In this document: one piece after another, positions 1-9,962 of the stretch
Layout: every line of letters begins with the position of its first letter
Position numbering within the stretch: the stretch's first letter is position 1
From: Salinivirgaceae bacterium
Lineage (GTDB): Bacteria > Bacteroidota > Bacteroidia > Bacteroidales > SZUA-534
Reading direction: 5' to 3'
Assembly (NCBI GenBank): GCA_024405635.1
Contig: JAKSOL010000001.1
Span: 160,001 to 224,000, forward strand
Length of the DNA stretch: 64,000 nt
The notes under the pieces: model-generated
Databases searched by the model: none
Seen by the model: only the letters and a program-made list of their open reading frames with translations
What the model was told of the DNA's origin: nothing
Position numbers and translations under genes: made by a program

Positions 1-796
1 TCCAACTATATCGTCGCCAAATAAAATACCATGGTATGGCGAAATTATTGCAGCTCGATGGGTATATGAGGGCTTGGCCGTATATCAGTTTAAAGAAAAT
101 GCCTACGAACGCGATTTCTTTGAATACGATAAAGTGCTAAGCCAATGCGATTACAAGAAAAACTATTGGCTCAAAACAATCGAAAACAAAGTTGCTTATT
201 GTCGTCGGAATTATAACGATCCTCATTGTCAAGTAAAAGTGAGTAGGGAGATGGAAGTTATTAGAAACGAAATGAACGATGTTGCCGATTTGGTAAACTA
301 TTTTGGTTTCTCAAGTTTGGATAAACTATACCCCGCATTACTTAACGAACTTGTATTTGAAGACTTACTTGACGTTCTTTCTAAAATTAAGAGTTTCTAT
401 ACACGGCAATATAATCATGTAAATTCGCAACGCGATGTAGCTATAAGTTCAAAGCAGCAAACTCCTTATGAGCGCGAAATGTTTTTGCAACTTAAGCGCA
501 ACTGCGCAAACGAAAACCTTGAAGCTTTTGTGAGAAATTCAACTTCGTTTGTTCGCATTGTTGAACAAGACGGACATCTGTATCAAAAGTGCGATCCTAT
601 TTTTATGGACTCAAAGCACTCGTTTATTAAAGCACATTTTTACGCACCTGCTAAAAACCTGTTAGGAGCACCTTTTTCAACCTATTGGGTTAATATGCTT
701 GTATTGTGGTGCTTTACATTAGTGCAATTCTTTGTGCTTAAATTTAGATTGTTGCGAAAACTAATTGATGCAATTCCTTCAAAAGTGCATGCGTAA
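1..796 (+). CDS. C-terminal part of an ABC transporter ATP-binding/ABC-2 permease fusion protein (5' truncated by window edge)
   Basis: Frame is open from base 2 (PTISSPNKIPWYGEIIAARWVYEGLAVYQF), so the TTG at 74 is not the true start. RW.YE.L motif and terminal TM helix resemble Bacteroidota ABC-2 type exporters. Confidence 0.6.
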   Translation, partial: PTISSPNKIPWYGEIIAARWVYEGLAVYQFKENAYERDFFEYDKVLSQCDYKKNYWLKTIENKVAYCRRNYNDPHCQVKVSREMEVIRNEMNDVADLVNYFGFSSLDKLYPALLNELVFEDLLDVLSKIKSFYTRQYNHVNSQRDVAISSKQQTPYEREMFLQLKRNCANENLEAFVRNSTSFVRIVEQDGHLYQKCDPIFMDSKHSFIKAHFYAPAKNLLGAPFSTYWVNMLVLWCFTLVQFFVLKFRLLRKLIDAIPSKVHA

Positions 797-922
797 CAAT
801 TTGCAATGTTGATTTTTGTCAAAAATTAACATTGCCTATTAAACTAGAATCTGACGTTTTATTTATTGTCAACATAATACAATTTATATGAGCAATTCTT
901 ATATTGCATCATTAAACTTTTT

Positions 923-1525
923 ATGGATAGAAGTACAATTAGAATATTGTTGGGCGCTGCCTATTTTGTAGTTGCAGGTTTGGGGTTGATGTTCACAACA
1001 ACCTATACCGACCACTGCGAAATATTCTACTACACATGCTTTAGCAATATGTTTGGCATGATAATGATGACAATTGAATTGTGGCACGAACTCAATAGAA
1101 AAAAGCCATCGTTTTTTGTTGACCAAATGAATGTAAGCGTAGTGGTGATGGTTGTGATGTCGGCTTTAGCTTATGGTTTAATAATCTCAAAATATTCTTC
1201 AGTTGAATTTTGGAGCAATCCAACCGATATACTTTTGCATGTAATAGCGCCCGCCATAACAGTATTATTTGTGTTGTTAAGTGAGAACCGACAAGTTTCG
1301 TTTAAAACACTCAAGTACGTATTTTGGCCATCGGTAGTATATTTAGTCATATTATTATTGCGTTACATTATTGTAGGCGACGGTTGGCGTCCATATAAAT
1401 TCTTTCACTTTGAGCAACCTTGGATGATAGTCCTTTGGATAATAGTGTTTGCAATTGTATTTCTGCAACTTACACTAATGGTTATTTGGTTGCACTATGT
1501 TCGTTACGGAAAAAAGCAACGTTAA
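923..1525 (+). CDS. Pr6Pr/FAR-17a-like integral membrane protein
   Basis: About six hydrophobic segments with YYTCFSN, LLHVIAP and RPYKFF motifs, matching the T..SN / LH...P / YPY.F pattern. Confidence 0.6.
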   Translation: MDRSTIRILLGAAYFVVAGLGLMFTTTYTDHCEIFYYTCFSNMFGMIMMTIELWHELNRKKPSFFVDQMNVSVVVMVVMSALAYGLIISKYSSVEFWSNPTDILLHVIAPAITVLFVLLSENRQVSFKTLKYVFWPSVVYLVILLLRYIIVGDGWRPYKFFHFEQPWMIVLWIIVFAIVFLQLTLMVIWLHYVRYGKKQR

Positions 1526-1573
1526 AGTTGTGTTAATGTACTCTGTTTTTAGAGTATACAACTTTATGTTGAA

Positions 1574-1581
1574 TATATTTG
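1574..1581 (+). promoter_or_regulatory. Bacteroidota -7 promoter box upstream of ECF sigma gene
   Basis: TATATTTG matches TAnnTTTG. Confidence 0.5.
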
Positions 1582-1665
1582 CATCAACAAATTCATGTCA
1601 CACTAATTAATAGGAGGAACTGCTTATAGAAAAATAATTACTCTGAACCTTAAAAAGTAGTAGTT

Positions 1666-2244
1666 ATGGAACGTCATAATCTTGCTGATTATGAGTTAAT
1701 CAAGCAGTACATTAGTGGTGATTCACAATGCCTTGAGGCATTAATTAATCGTCATAAAAATAAAGTTTATTCGTACATAGTAATGAATGTGCGAGATAGA
1801 GAATTGGCCGAAGATTTGTTTCAAGACACCTTTATAAAGGTTGTTAGGTCAATTGATAGCGGAACTTATACCGATGATGGTAAGTTTTTGCCGTGGGTTA
1901 TGCGCATAGCACATAACTTGGTAATAGATTATTACCGCAGAGCTAAACATATGCCAACAATAAGTACCGATGCACAAGAGTATAATCCAATTGATTTGAT
2001 GGGCGCTCGCGAAAGTTCGGCCGAAGACAAATTGGTAAGACGGCAACAAATAGCTGAACTAAAGCAATACATTCGACAGTTGCCATCGGAACAACGCGAC
2101 GTGGTGCTTTATCGTTGCGAGTACGATATGAGTTTTAAAGAAATAGCAGAATACACGGGAGTGAGCATAAATACCGCACTAGGTCGTATGCGCTATGCAA
2201 TAATCAACCTTAGAAAAATGATGAAGGTTGCAGTTGAGTTGTAA
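1666..2244 (+). CDS. ECF sigma-70 family RNA polymerase sigma factor
   Basis: Region 2 (AEDLFQDTFIKV, FLPWVMRIAHNLVIDYYRR) and region 4 (MSFKEIAEYTGVSINTALGRMRYA). Confidence 0.93.
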   Translation: MERHNLADYELIKQYISGDSQCLEALINRHKNKVYSYIVMNVRDRELAEDLFQDTFIKVVRSIDSGTYTDDGKFLPWVMRIAHNLVIDYYRRAKHMPTISTDAQEYNPIDLMGARESSAEDKLVRRQQIAELKQYIRQLPSEQRDVVLYRCEYDMSFKEIAEYTGVSINTALGRMRYAIINLRKMMKVAVEL

Positions 2245-2352
2245 AAATTATTGTTTAGATATTTTGTGTATATACTTCAACTGAACAGTTATTGGCACGC
2301 GGCGGTTGCGAAAAGCCTTGAGAGGGTAGCAAGAAACCATTATTTAGACAAA

Positions 2353-2659
2353 ATGAAACTAGAAAATATTAACAATATTGATGATTAGCAGTGTGTTAGG
2401 TGCTTTTTCATCATGTAAAGAAGATGAACAGTCTGTTCCTTTTAGAGTTGCTTTTCCTCCTAAATATTCTGTAGACATGGAAGGAGACAATAAGGGTAAG
2501 GTTTCAAGAAAAGAATCTTTTACAATTAATAGAATTGTGGATGGCAAAGAGAATGGGAAAGTTGCTGATGTAGTAGTTAACCAAACTGTAAAAAATGTAA
2601 TTCTTGTTAAACTAAAAACGGAGAACTTGATAGTTCTCCGTTTTTGCTTAATACTTTAA
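2353..2659 (+). pseudogene. Degraded lipoprotein gene remnant
   Basis: ATG at 2353 is 1 nt out of frame with KILTILMISSVLGAFSSCKEDE (signal peptide plus lipobox). The ORF then runs through the terminator of the convergent gene. Confidence 0.45.
2614..2645. terminator. Bidirectional intrinsic terminator
   Basis: AAAAACGGAGAACT-tgat-AGTTCTCCGTTTTT perfect inverted repeat just past the DUF3127 stop. Confidence 0.8.
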
Positions 2660-3030
2660 AAAGGAAGGTCGTTTTCGGGTTGTGGTAAATCAGAAGTAGG
2701 CATTGGAGTTGGTTCGGTTGAAGGATTCCATGCGCTTGCATTGTTTTGAGCTTGAGCACCTGCTCGTTCAATCTTCCAAGGGCGTAGCGATGTGTACCAT
2801 TTGTCTTGATACTCGCGCGAGTTAACATCAAAGCTAACCTTAATTTCATCGCCAATTTGGAAGTTGTTTATGTTCACTTTGTCGCCCCAAATGGAGAAAC
2901 AAACATTGGTAGGGTATTGTCCTGCTATTTCAATAACAAAATCTTGGCGAAACCAATTTGTGCCGTTTTTGCCTTGACCAGTTGCCGCTGGCAAAATTTT
3001 TGTTAGTTTGCCTTCAAGTTCTAGTGTCAT
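2656..3030 (-). CDS. DUF3127 family protein (OB-fold, SSB-like)
   Basis: LEGKL..ILP...G, W.RQDFVIE..GQYP, WGDK, SREY..KWYT...W motifs and acidic C-terminal NDLPF. Confidence 0.88.
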   Translation of the reverse strand: MTLELEGKLTKILPAATGQGKNGTNWFRQDFVIEIAGQYPTNVCFSIWGDKVNINNFQIGDEIKVSFDVNSREYQDKWYTSLRPWKIERAGAQAQNNASAWNPSTEPTPMPTSDLPQPENDLPF

Positions 3031-3117
3031 AATGTTTTGATTTATAAATATTTAATAATTTATTGCAATTGCGTTGCTTGTGGTTGAAAGGTATGCAGAA
3101 ATATGATTGTTAAAAAA

Positions 3118-3152
3118 CAAAAAATCCCGGCAGTATTCTGTCGGGATTTTGT
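3118..3152 (-). terminator. Intrinsic terminator of pfp
   Basis: AAAATCCCGGCAG-tatt-CTGTCGGGATTTT hairpin downstream of the stop. Confidence 0.75.
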
Positions 3153-3176
3153 ATTTTAAACTTTATTGGTGTTTAG

Positions 3177-4823
3177 TTATTCACCTTTTTCAAGTTTAAG
3201 AGTTTTTGTTGGTTGGTCGCAAACCTCGGTTGGACCGAAGTATTGGATAGGACCAGGATAAACAAACGCAGTTTCGATTGCCCACTCGTCGCGTTTTGAA
3301 GCAAAGTATTTGAATGGACCACCGTCAAGTTTAACCAAAGCTTTTTGGATAACTGGTTTCATTTTACCATTGCGTTTTTCCATGTTCATCATTGCGGTGA
3401 TTGGAATACCACCAGCTAACCATTGGTCAGCTGGTTTGGTTGTGTTGCGAATGCTTGACATGTAGCCAGTTTTGCCGCTACCAATCAACATTGATGCATT
3501 GTAGCCAAGTGAGTAGCAGTAGTCAGCATCAAAGTTTGAAGGAGCTGCGCAACGACCTTCGTAACCAAAGAAGTGGTGTTGTGTAGCAAATTTGCCAACA
3601 AACTTGCCATCTTTCTTCCATTCAGCAAGTTTTTTAGCAACCATGTCGGCCAAAAGTTGCTCAGTTTCAATAAGCGATACTTGTACGTTTCCGTGTGGGT
3701 CGCGTTCAAGAGCTAATTGGCGAGACACGCCAGTTGGAAGGCTTTTGAAAATTGCAGCGTTTTCTGCTGAAAGTTTTGAAACAACGTAGTCAATTTTTTT
3801 GTCGTCGGCAATGGTGTCAAACTCAGCTTGGTTAGCAGCCAACATGTCGTTAAGTTCAGCAATAAGTTTTTTGATTGCAGGAATGAACTCAATCAAACCT
3901 TCTGGAACCAAAACAATACCAAAGTTCAAGCCTTTTGCTGCGCGGTTTGCAACAGCTTGTGCAATGTAGGTTACAATGTCGTCAAGCGATTGGTTTTTAG
4001 CTTCAACTTCTTCACCAACGATGGTGATGTTTGGTTGTGTTTGCAATGCGCACTCAAGAGTAACGTGGCTTGCTGAGCGGCCCATCAATTTAATGAAGTG
4101 CCAGTATTTTTTAGCTGAGTTAGCATCGCGCTCAATGTTACCAATTACTTCAGAGTAAACTTTTGTAGCGGTATCAAAACCAAACGATGTTTCAATCATT
4201 TCGTTTTTCAAGTCACCGTCAATTGTTTTTGGGCAGCCAATTACTTGAACACCAGCTTTTTTAGCTAAGTAGTATTCGGCCAAAACGCAAGCGTTGGTAT
4301 TTGAGTCGTCACCACCGATAATTACGATAGCGTTGATGTTCAACTTTTTGCAAATTTCAAGGCCTTTGTCAAATTGCTCAACTTCTTCAAGTTTGGTACG
4401 ACCTGAACCGATGATGTCAAAACCACCAGTATTGCGGTATTCGTCAACAATTTCAGCGGTCAATTCTACGTATTTGTGATCAACCAAGCCTGAAGGGCCG
4501 CCCAAGAAACCATATAGTTTGCTGTTTGGGTTAATTTTTTTCAAGCCATCAAACAAACCTGAGATTACGTTGTGACCACCAGGAGCTTGACCACCTGAAA
4601 GGATAACACCAACGTTTACTGCTGGCATATTAACTTTTTCAGCTGAAGCCTCAAATGTTACCATTGGCATTCCGTAGGTGTTTGGGAATAGGTTTTTGAT
4701 GTCGTTTTGGTCGGCAACTGATTGAGTATCAGCTCCGTTTTTCAAAACTACATTACCTTTCAAAGCAGCTGGCAATTTTGGCTCGTAGGCTGCTCTTGCA
4801 ATTTGTAGTGAACTTTTTTTCAT
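3177..4823 (-). CDS. pfp: Pyrophosphate-dependent phosphofructokinase (diphosphate--fructose-6-phosphate 1-phosphotransferase)
   Basis: [19 protein letters not shown] (GGDD typical of PPi-PFK), [15 protein letters not shown]; 548 aa long clade. TACTTTTG -7 box at 4862-4869. Confidence 0.95.
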   Translation of the reverse strand: MKKSSLQIARAAYEPKLPAALKGNVVLKNGADTQSVADQNDIKNLFPNTYGMPMVTFEASAEKVNMPAVNVGVILSGGQAPGGHNVISGLFDGLKKINPNSKLYGFLGGPSGLVDHKYVELTAEIVDEYRNTGGFDIIGSGRTKLEEVEQFDKGLEICKKLNINAIVIIGGDDSNTNACVLAEYYLAKKAGVQVIGCPKTIDGDLKNEMIETSFGFDTATKVYSEVIGNIERDANSAKKYWHFIKLMGRSASHVTLECALQTQPNITIVGEEVEAKNQSLDDIVTYIAQAVANRAAKGLNFGIVLVPEGLIEFIPAIKKLIAELNDMLAANQAEFDTIADDKKIDYVVSKLSAENAAIFKSLPTGVSRQLALERDPHGNVQVSLIETEQLLADMVAKKLAEWKKDGKFVGKFATQHHFFGYEGRCAAPSNFDADYCYSLGYNASMLIGSGKTGYMSSIRNTTKPADQWLAGGIPITAMMNMEKRNGKMKPVIQKALVKLDGGPFKYFASKRDEWAIETAFVYPGPIQYFGPTEVCDQPTKTLKLEKGE

Positions 4824-4956
4824 CTTATTTTTATTTAAAAGTGTTCAGTTTTTAGCGATTACAAAAGTAATTTTTTTGGAAGAATTAGCGCGTTGTGCAT
4901 GTCATAAGATATAAGCTGTTTTTCACAATGTGTTAAGCAGGTTTGCTTGGTTTGCA

Positions 4957-5715
4957 TTATATCAGAATGAGTTTTTGTGAAGGCTCGTGGCGGTATGTTG
5001 GAAGAACTTGAAATTGATCAAATTCGGCAAAAGCGGCTAGGGCTTTATCTATGGTATTGTTTTCGGCTGAAATGTGCGACAAAAATAGGTACCGTAATTT
5101 GTTTGTAGCGTTATTTCGCACAAAATCAGATGATTGTGTGTTTGAAAGATGCCCGCGGTGTGATGCAACTCGGTGTTTTAAGAATGCTGGGTAGGGTCCT
5201 TTCCAAAGCATTTCTTCGTCGTAATTTGATTCAAGAAATGCAGCGTTGCATAATGCGAAGTGGGTTGCAAGCGGTTGTTCGGCAATGCCAATGTCGGTCA
5301 TTACGCCAATGTTCATTCCGTTTATTTCAATGCGAAAACTACAAGGGCATGAAGCATCGTGACTTTTACTGAATGGATAAACTATCATGCTACCAATGTT
5401 GACTTCGGTGTCGTTTTCAAAAAACGAAACAATGTCGGGGCGGCGGTTTTTAAGAGTGTTGTTGAAAGTTTTTTTGTTGAAGAAAATTGGCCATTGCATT
5501 TTTTTGCAAGCAGCGTGGGCGCCTTGTACATGGTCGCAGTGCTCGTGTGTTATAAAAACTGCTCTCACTTTGTTTAGGTCAATGCAAGCTTTTTCGGCAC
5601 GTTCTTTAAGTGTGTTGAAATGAATGCCAAGGTCAATAAGAATGGCATCGTTCTCATTACCAATATAGTAGCAGTTTCCGTTGCTGCCTGATGCTAAAGC
5701 ACAAATTTCAACCAT
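4957..5715 (-). CDS. MBL-fold metallo-hydrolase (YycJ/WalJ-like)
   Basis: LASGSNGNC, THEHCDH, SHDA, TDIG, LESNYD, GHLSN, HIS.ENN. Start moved to the ATG at 5715. Confidence 0.88.
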   Translation of the reverse strand: MVEICALASGSNGNCYYIGNENDAILIDLGIHFNTLKERAEKACIDLNKVRAVFITHEHCDHVQGAHAACKKMQWPIFFNKKTFNNTLKNRRPDIVSFFENDTEVNIGSMIVYPFSKSHDASCPCSFRIEINGMNIGVMTDIGIAEQPLATHFALCNAAFLESNYDEEMLWKGPYPAFLKHRVASHRGHLSNTQSSDFVRNNATNKLRYLFLSHISAENNTIDKALAAFAEFDQFQVLPTYRHEPSQKLILI

Positions 5716-5728
5716 AGTGTGTGTTTGT

Positions 5729-7033
5729 TTACCAAAGCCAACCAATGTTTATGTAAAGGCCGTCGGTGCCGTCGCGTTTGTCAAGTGCTCGGCCATAGTC
5801 GATGGCAACTATAAAGTTGTTGTTGAATCCAATGTGCAGACCAATTCCAGCTGTGGTGTGCAGTTTTTCGCGGTCCGATTCAAATCCTGCCAATTTTATT
5901 TCTCGTTTTTTGTAGCACTGGGTTATTTGGCCTGCATCGGCAAAGGCAGAGGCTGCAAGGTATAAGTCTTGTCCTTTTATTTGGGTTACTAAAAATTTGT
6001 ATCGAGTTTCAATGTTTGCAATTGCGTAGCCGCAGCCAACTACTTTGTTGCGTAGCATGCCTCGCATGTTTTTGTTGGCGCCAAGTGCGTTGTACATGCA
6101 AGTTGCATCGTAATGAAATGGAAGCATATAAAACGGCATTTTACCGCCCAATAAAGTGTAGGCCGATGCTCGGTAGGTAAATACCAACCGTTGGTTTTGT
6201 GTGGCAAAGTATTGGCGCACAGTTGTTAACAACGATACGTAACTGCTAGTTCCTTTTGAAAATGAAGGTGCCCCGATTAAATAAAGTTCGTTCCACATAC
6301 CTTTTGTGGGAAAAGCTTCAACGTTGCGAGTGTCGTATATCACACCTGCTTGAAATTGATGAGTTTGGCCTCCGTCTTTTTCATTTTGACTTATGATTCC
6401 TGCATCAACATATTTTAGAAACAAGTTGGTTTGACAGGTTGCGGTTGGTAGGGTGTCGTTGGCATACTTGCCCTTGTTTAGTTTTTTTGTGTCGGGTGCT
6501 GCAATTTTTTGGTTGGTAAAAATGTAACCAGCATACCAATAAACAGGTGAACTGCCTATTTTGTTTCGCAAATTGGTCATCACTTGTAGCATTTTGCGCT
6601 CGTTGCGGTAGAATGCTCTGCTTATGTATAGCTCGTTGTCGTTGCTTTCAAAGTCGGAATTATAATAAGCTTGGTAGCCGTTAAATCCGTAAAAATTCAG
6701 AAGTTTTTCGGTTAGATAGTTGATGTCAACAAAAAAGCGAATGTTGCTGCCAATCAGCTTTTTGTCATCATAAATAAAGTGGTTTATGCCACTACCTTTA
6801 GTGGTGCGCGACATTTCGAGGTAAACCGACTTGGTATAGTCGGGCGAAAAAGAACCATCGCCGTAGTCGTAAATGTTACATAAAGCCCCGTATTTAAAAC
6901 CTTCGTCGGCATTGAAGGCAATGGCAGGCAAGGCTCCTCCAAATTGCCAACCAGTGCGTACCTTGTCGGCAGTTTGCGATGATGCGCAAGTTGTAATAAG
7001 TGTTATTGCGAGAGTAGTTAGTAATCGTTGCAT
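5729..7033 (-). CDS. Omp85/BamA-TamA family outer-membrane beta-barrel protein without POTRA domains
   Basis: Signal peptide, ALPAIAFNADEGFKYG, YDTRN...PTKG, MRG (VRGF-like loop 6), FADAG, aromatic C-terminus INIGWLW. Confidence 0.8.
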   Translation of the reverse strand: MQRLLTTLAITLITTCASSQTADKVRTGWQFGGALPAIAFNADEGFKYGALCNIYDYGDGSFSPDYTKSVYLEMSRTTKGSGINHFIYDDKKLIGSNIRFFVDINYLTEKLLNFYGFNGYQAYYNSDFESNDNELYISRAFYRNERKMLQVMTNLRNKIGSSPVYWYAGYIFTNQKIAAPDTKKLNKGKYANDTLPTATCQTNLFLKYVDAGIISQNEKDGGQTHQFQAGVIYDTRNVEAFPTKGMWNELYLIGAPSFSKGTSSYVSLLTTVRQYFATQNQRLVFTYRASAYTLLGGKMPFYMLPFHYDATCMYNALGANKNMRGMLRNKVVGCGYAIANIETRYKFLVTQIKGQDLYLAASAFADAGQITQCYKKREIKLAGFESDREKLHTTAGIGLHIGFNNNFIVAIDYGRALDKRDGTDGLYINIGWLW

Positions 7034-7043
7034 GACGAGTTGA

Positions 7044-8573
7044 CTATTGCGGTCTGTTATTTAATTTGCTGTGTTTGCGACCGTAACCAAAGTAAATTAT
7101 AAAGCCGACTAACATCCAAATAATCAAACGAATCCATGTTGCTTTGGTCAAAAATAACATTTGCCCAAAACAAATAACGATACCTAAAATTGGAATTGCA
7201 GGAACCCAAGGAACGCGGAAAGGACGAGGAGCATCAGGCTCGGTTTTACGAAGAATGAGAACACCACCGCAAACTATGCAGAATGCAAGCAATGTGCCCA
7301 CTGATATAAGTTCGCTTAACATTCCAATGGAGAATGTTCCTGCAATGATAGCTGCCAATATGCATATTACAATTGTGCTTACGTATGGGGTTTTAAACCT
7401 ATGATGAACTCGGCTTAAAATAGGTGGCAACAATCCGTCTTTTGACATGGTGAAGAAGATGCGAGGTTGAGCCATGAGCATTACCAAAGCGCCAGAAGTG
7501 ATGCCGGCAACGGCTGCCAATTTAATTACAGGTCGTAGCCAAAACATTTTTTCGCCCATAGCATCAACAGCTACTGCAATTGGGTCGGCAACGTTCAAAA
7601 AACGGTAGCTAACAATGCCAGTAAGAACCATAGCCACAAGAATATACAGCACCGTTGCTACTCCTAACGAACCTAAAATACCCACTGGTAAATCTCGACT
7701 AGGTTGACGTGTTTCTTGAGCTGCAGTTGAAACAGCATCAAAACCAATATAGGCAAAGAATATAACAGCAGCACCACGAAATATGCCCGACCAACCATAT
7801 TCGCCAAATGAACCAGTATTTTCGGGGATAAAAGGTTGCCAGTTTTCTACCTTGATGAATGCAAATCCCACAATGGCAAACAACAATATTGCCGAAACTT
7901 TTACAATAACCATTGCGGCATTAAATGTTGCCGATTCGCGAACTCCAATAATCAACATAACCATAAGTATGGTTATAATTGCTACAGCAGGAAGGTTGAC
8001 GATAGCTGTTGTTTGTTCAAATGTATTTATGTCAAGCCCTTGACTTGCAATTAAATCCTCAATGCTTGGAGTGAGTTCGCGCCAACCCTCAACAGGCAAG
8101 TGAATAAGGTGAGTTCCTGTTGATGCGGTTAGTGCAGCTGGAATATCAATTCCAAAATCGTGCAAAAAACTAACCATGTATCCCGACCAACCAACGGAAA
8201 TTGCTGAGCCTGCAAACAAATATTCAAGAGTGATGTCCCAACCAATAATCCACGCAACAAGTTCGCCCAAAGTGGCATAGGCGTATGTGTATGCGCTACC
8301 CGAAATTGGGATCATTGATGCAAATTCGGCATAACACAAACCAGCAAAAGCACAAGCTATTCCACTGATTATGAACGATAAAAGAATGGCGGGGCCAGAA
8401 TACATGGCGGCAACCTGTCCACTTAAAACAAAAATTCCAGCACCAACAATGGCACCCACACCCAACATTACAAGATTTCGTCCAGTTAGTACACGTCGCA
8501 ATTCGCCTTGCCCGTTGCCGTGCACATCGCTAATTAACTGGTCAATAGGTTTTCGTCTGAATAGATTATTCAC
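7044..8573 (-). CDS. APC-family amino acid permease
   Basis: GVGAIVGAGIF, CYAEFASMIP.SGSAY.Y, FFAYIGFDAV; GTG start; TACCTTTG -7 box at 8593-8600. Confidence 0.93.
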   Translation of the reverse strand: MNNLFRRKPIDQLISDVHGNGQGELRRVLTGRNLVMLGVGAIVGAGIFVLSGQVAAMYSGPAILLSFIISGIACAFAGLCYAEFASMIPISGSAYTYAYATLGELVAWIIGWDITLEYLFAGSAISVGWSGYMVSFLHDFGIDIPAALTASTGTHLIHLPVEGWRELTPSIEDLIASQGLDINTFEQTTAIVNLPAVAIITILMVMLIIGVRESATFNAAMVIVKVSAILLFAIVGFAFIKVENWQPFIPENTGSFGEYGWSGIFRGAAVIFFAYIGFDAVSTAAQETRQPSRDLPVGILGSLGVATVLYILVAMVLTGIVSYRFLNVADPIAVAVDAMGEKMFWLRPVIKLAAVAGITSGALVMLMAQPRIFFTMSKDGLLPPILSRVHHRFKTPYVSTIVICILAAIIAGTFSIGMLSELISVGTLLAFCIVCGGVLILRKTEPDAPRPFRVPWVPAIPILGIVICFGQMLFLTKATWIRLIIWMLVGFIIYFGYGRKHSKLNNRPQ

Positions 8574-8694
8574 GTTTTTGATAATTTTTTGCCAAAGGTA
8601 AGATTAGTTAAAGAAGTTGAAAATTGGCCAAGGCTTAAAGTTTATTTTTACGTTCTAAAAAGTAGCAACTAAGCACTTGTTTTAAACTTGACAA

Positions 8695-9315
8695 ATGAAC
8701 ACAGAACTAGTAAAGTATATTCAGCAGAAAATTTTGCCGCAATATGCCAACTATGATGCAGCACACAATTTGTTGCACATTTCAACTGTTATTGATCAAA
8801 GTATGCAAATGTCTCAACACTATAATGTTGATGTCGATATGGTTTATACCATTGCGGCATATCACGATTTGGGGCAGTGCAAGGGGCGAGAATTACACCA
8901 TATATATTCGGCCCAAATGCTGCTTTCTGATACTGAATTACTGCGTTGGTTTACTTTACAACAAATGCAAACCATGGCCGAAGCGATTGAAGATCATAGG
9001 GCATCGAGCAAAAATGCGCCGCGTAGTGTGTATGGAGTTATTGTGGCTGAGGCCGACCGTTTTATTGAATCGGAAACAATAATCCGTCGTACAATTCAAT
9101 ATGGCTTGGCAAATTATCCACAACTCAATAAGACAGGGCATTATGAGCGTATGTTACATCATTTGCACGAAAAGTATGCTGAAGGTGGATATTTGAAATT
9201 ACTGTCGCCATACTCGCCAAATGCTGTGCGGTTGCAACAACTTCGACAAATAATAGCCAATGAGCAACAACTGCAAATTTTGTTTGACAAAATATGGGAC
9301 GAAGAAACAAAGTAA
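8695..9315 (+). CDS. HD-domain phosphohydrolase
   Basis: DAAH..H, AYHDLG, HH, EDHRAS, AEADR motifs. Confidence 0.88.
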   Translation: MNTELVKYIQQKILPQYANYDAAHNLLHISTVIDQSMQMSQHYNVDVDMVYTIAAYHDLGQCKGRELHHIYSAQMLLSDTELLRWFTLQQMQTMAEAIEDHRASSKNAPRSVYGVIVAEADRFIESETIIRRTIQYGLANYPQLNKTGHYERMLHHLHEKYAEGGYLKLLSPYSPNAVRLQQLRQIIANEQQLQILFDKIWDEETK

Positions 9316-9323
9316 TACAAGGC

Positions 9324-9950
9324 TTATAATGCCATGTGGATTATCTTTTTGGTTTCGAAAAAAGGTTCGTCAAAGTAACTTGATATAGGTTCAATAGTTG
9401 CTGTGCGTTTGGTTGCAGCAATTTCATCGTCAAAGTCGCCACCTTTTAAATATAAAATACCATTTGCAATCTGATTGTTTTGCTGACTTGATACGCAATG
9501 GCGAACCATGCGGTAAAAAGCATCAAAACGAGTTACTGCGCGGCTAACTACAAAGTCGTATTTGTCTTTAACTTGTTCAACTCTAATATGTTCGGCTTTA
9601 ACATTTGACAAACCAAGAGAGTTGGCTACAGCTTGAACTACAGATATTTTTTTGCCAATACTGTCAATTAAATGAAAATTGCATTCAGGAAACATAATGG
9701 CCAATGGAATGCCCGGAAAGCCACCACCAGTGCCAACATCAAGAATTTTGCTTTGAGGTGCAAATTGGGTAAATTTTGCCAAGGCCAGCGAGTGCAAAAC
9801 ATGATTGGTGTATAAATTGTCAATGTCTTTGCGCGAAATAACATTTATCTTTTCGTTCCACTCGGCATAAAGTGGTTGTAAATTTGCAAAGGCATGTAAC
9901 TGGTTATCAGTTAATTGTGGAAAGTACTTGCTTATCACTTCAACATTCAT
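9324..9950 (-). CDS. rsmG: 16S rRNA (guanine527-N7)-methyltransferase
   Basis: WNEKINVISRKD, HVLHSL, LDVGTGGGFPGIPLAI, VSRAV, LKGGD. Confidence 0.96.
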   Translation of the reverse strand: MNVEVISKYFPQLTDNQLHAFANLQPLYAEWNEKINVISRKDIDNLYTNHVLHSLALAKFTQFAPQSKILDVGTGGGFPGIPLAIMFPECNFHLIDSIGKKISVVQAVANSLGLSNVKAEHIRVEQVKDKYDFVVSRAVTRFDAFYRMVRHCVSSQQNNQIANGILYLKGGDFDDEIAATKRTATIEPISSYFDEPFFETKKIIHMAL

Positions 9951-9962
9951 AATGTAGGCAGT

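Noticed and set aside
1611-1617. TAGGAGG upstream of the first sigma gene as a ribosome-binding site
   Set aside because: It lies about 48 nt from the ATG, with no credible start codon at SD spacing.
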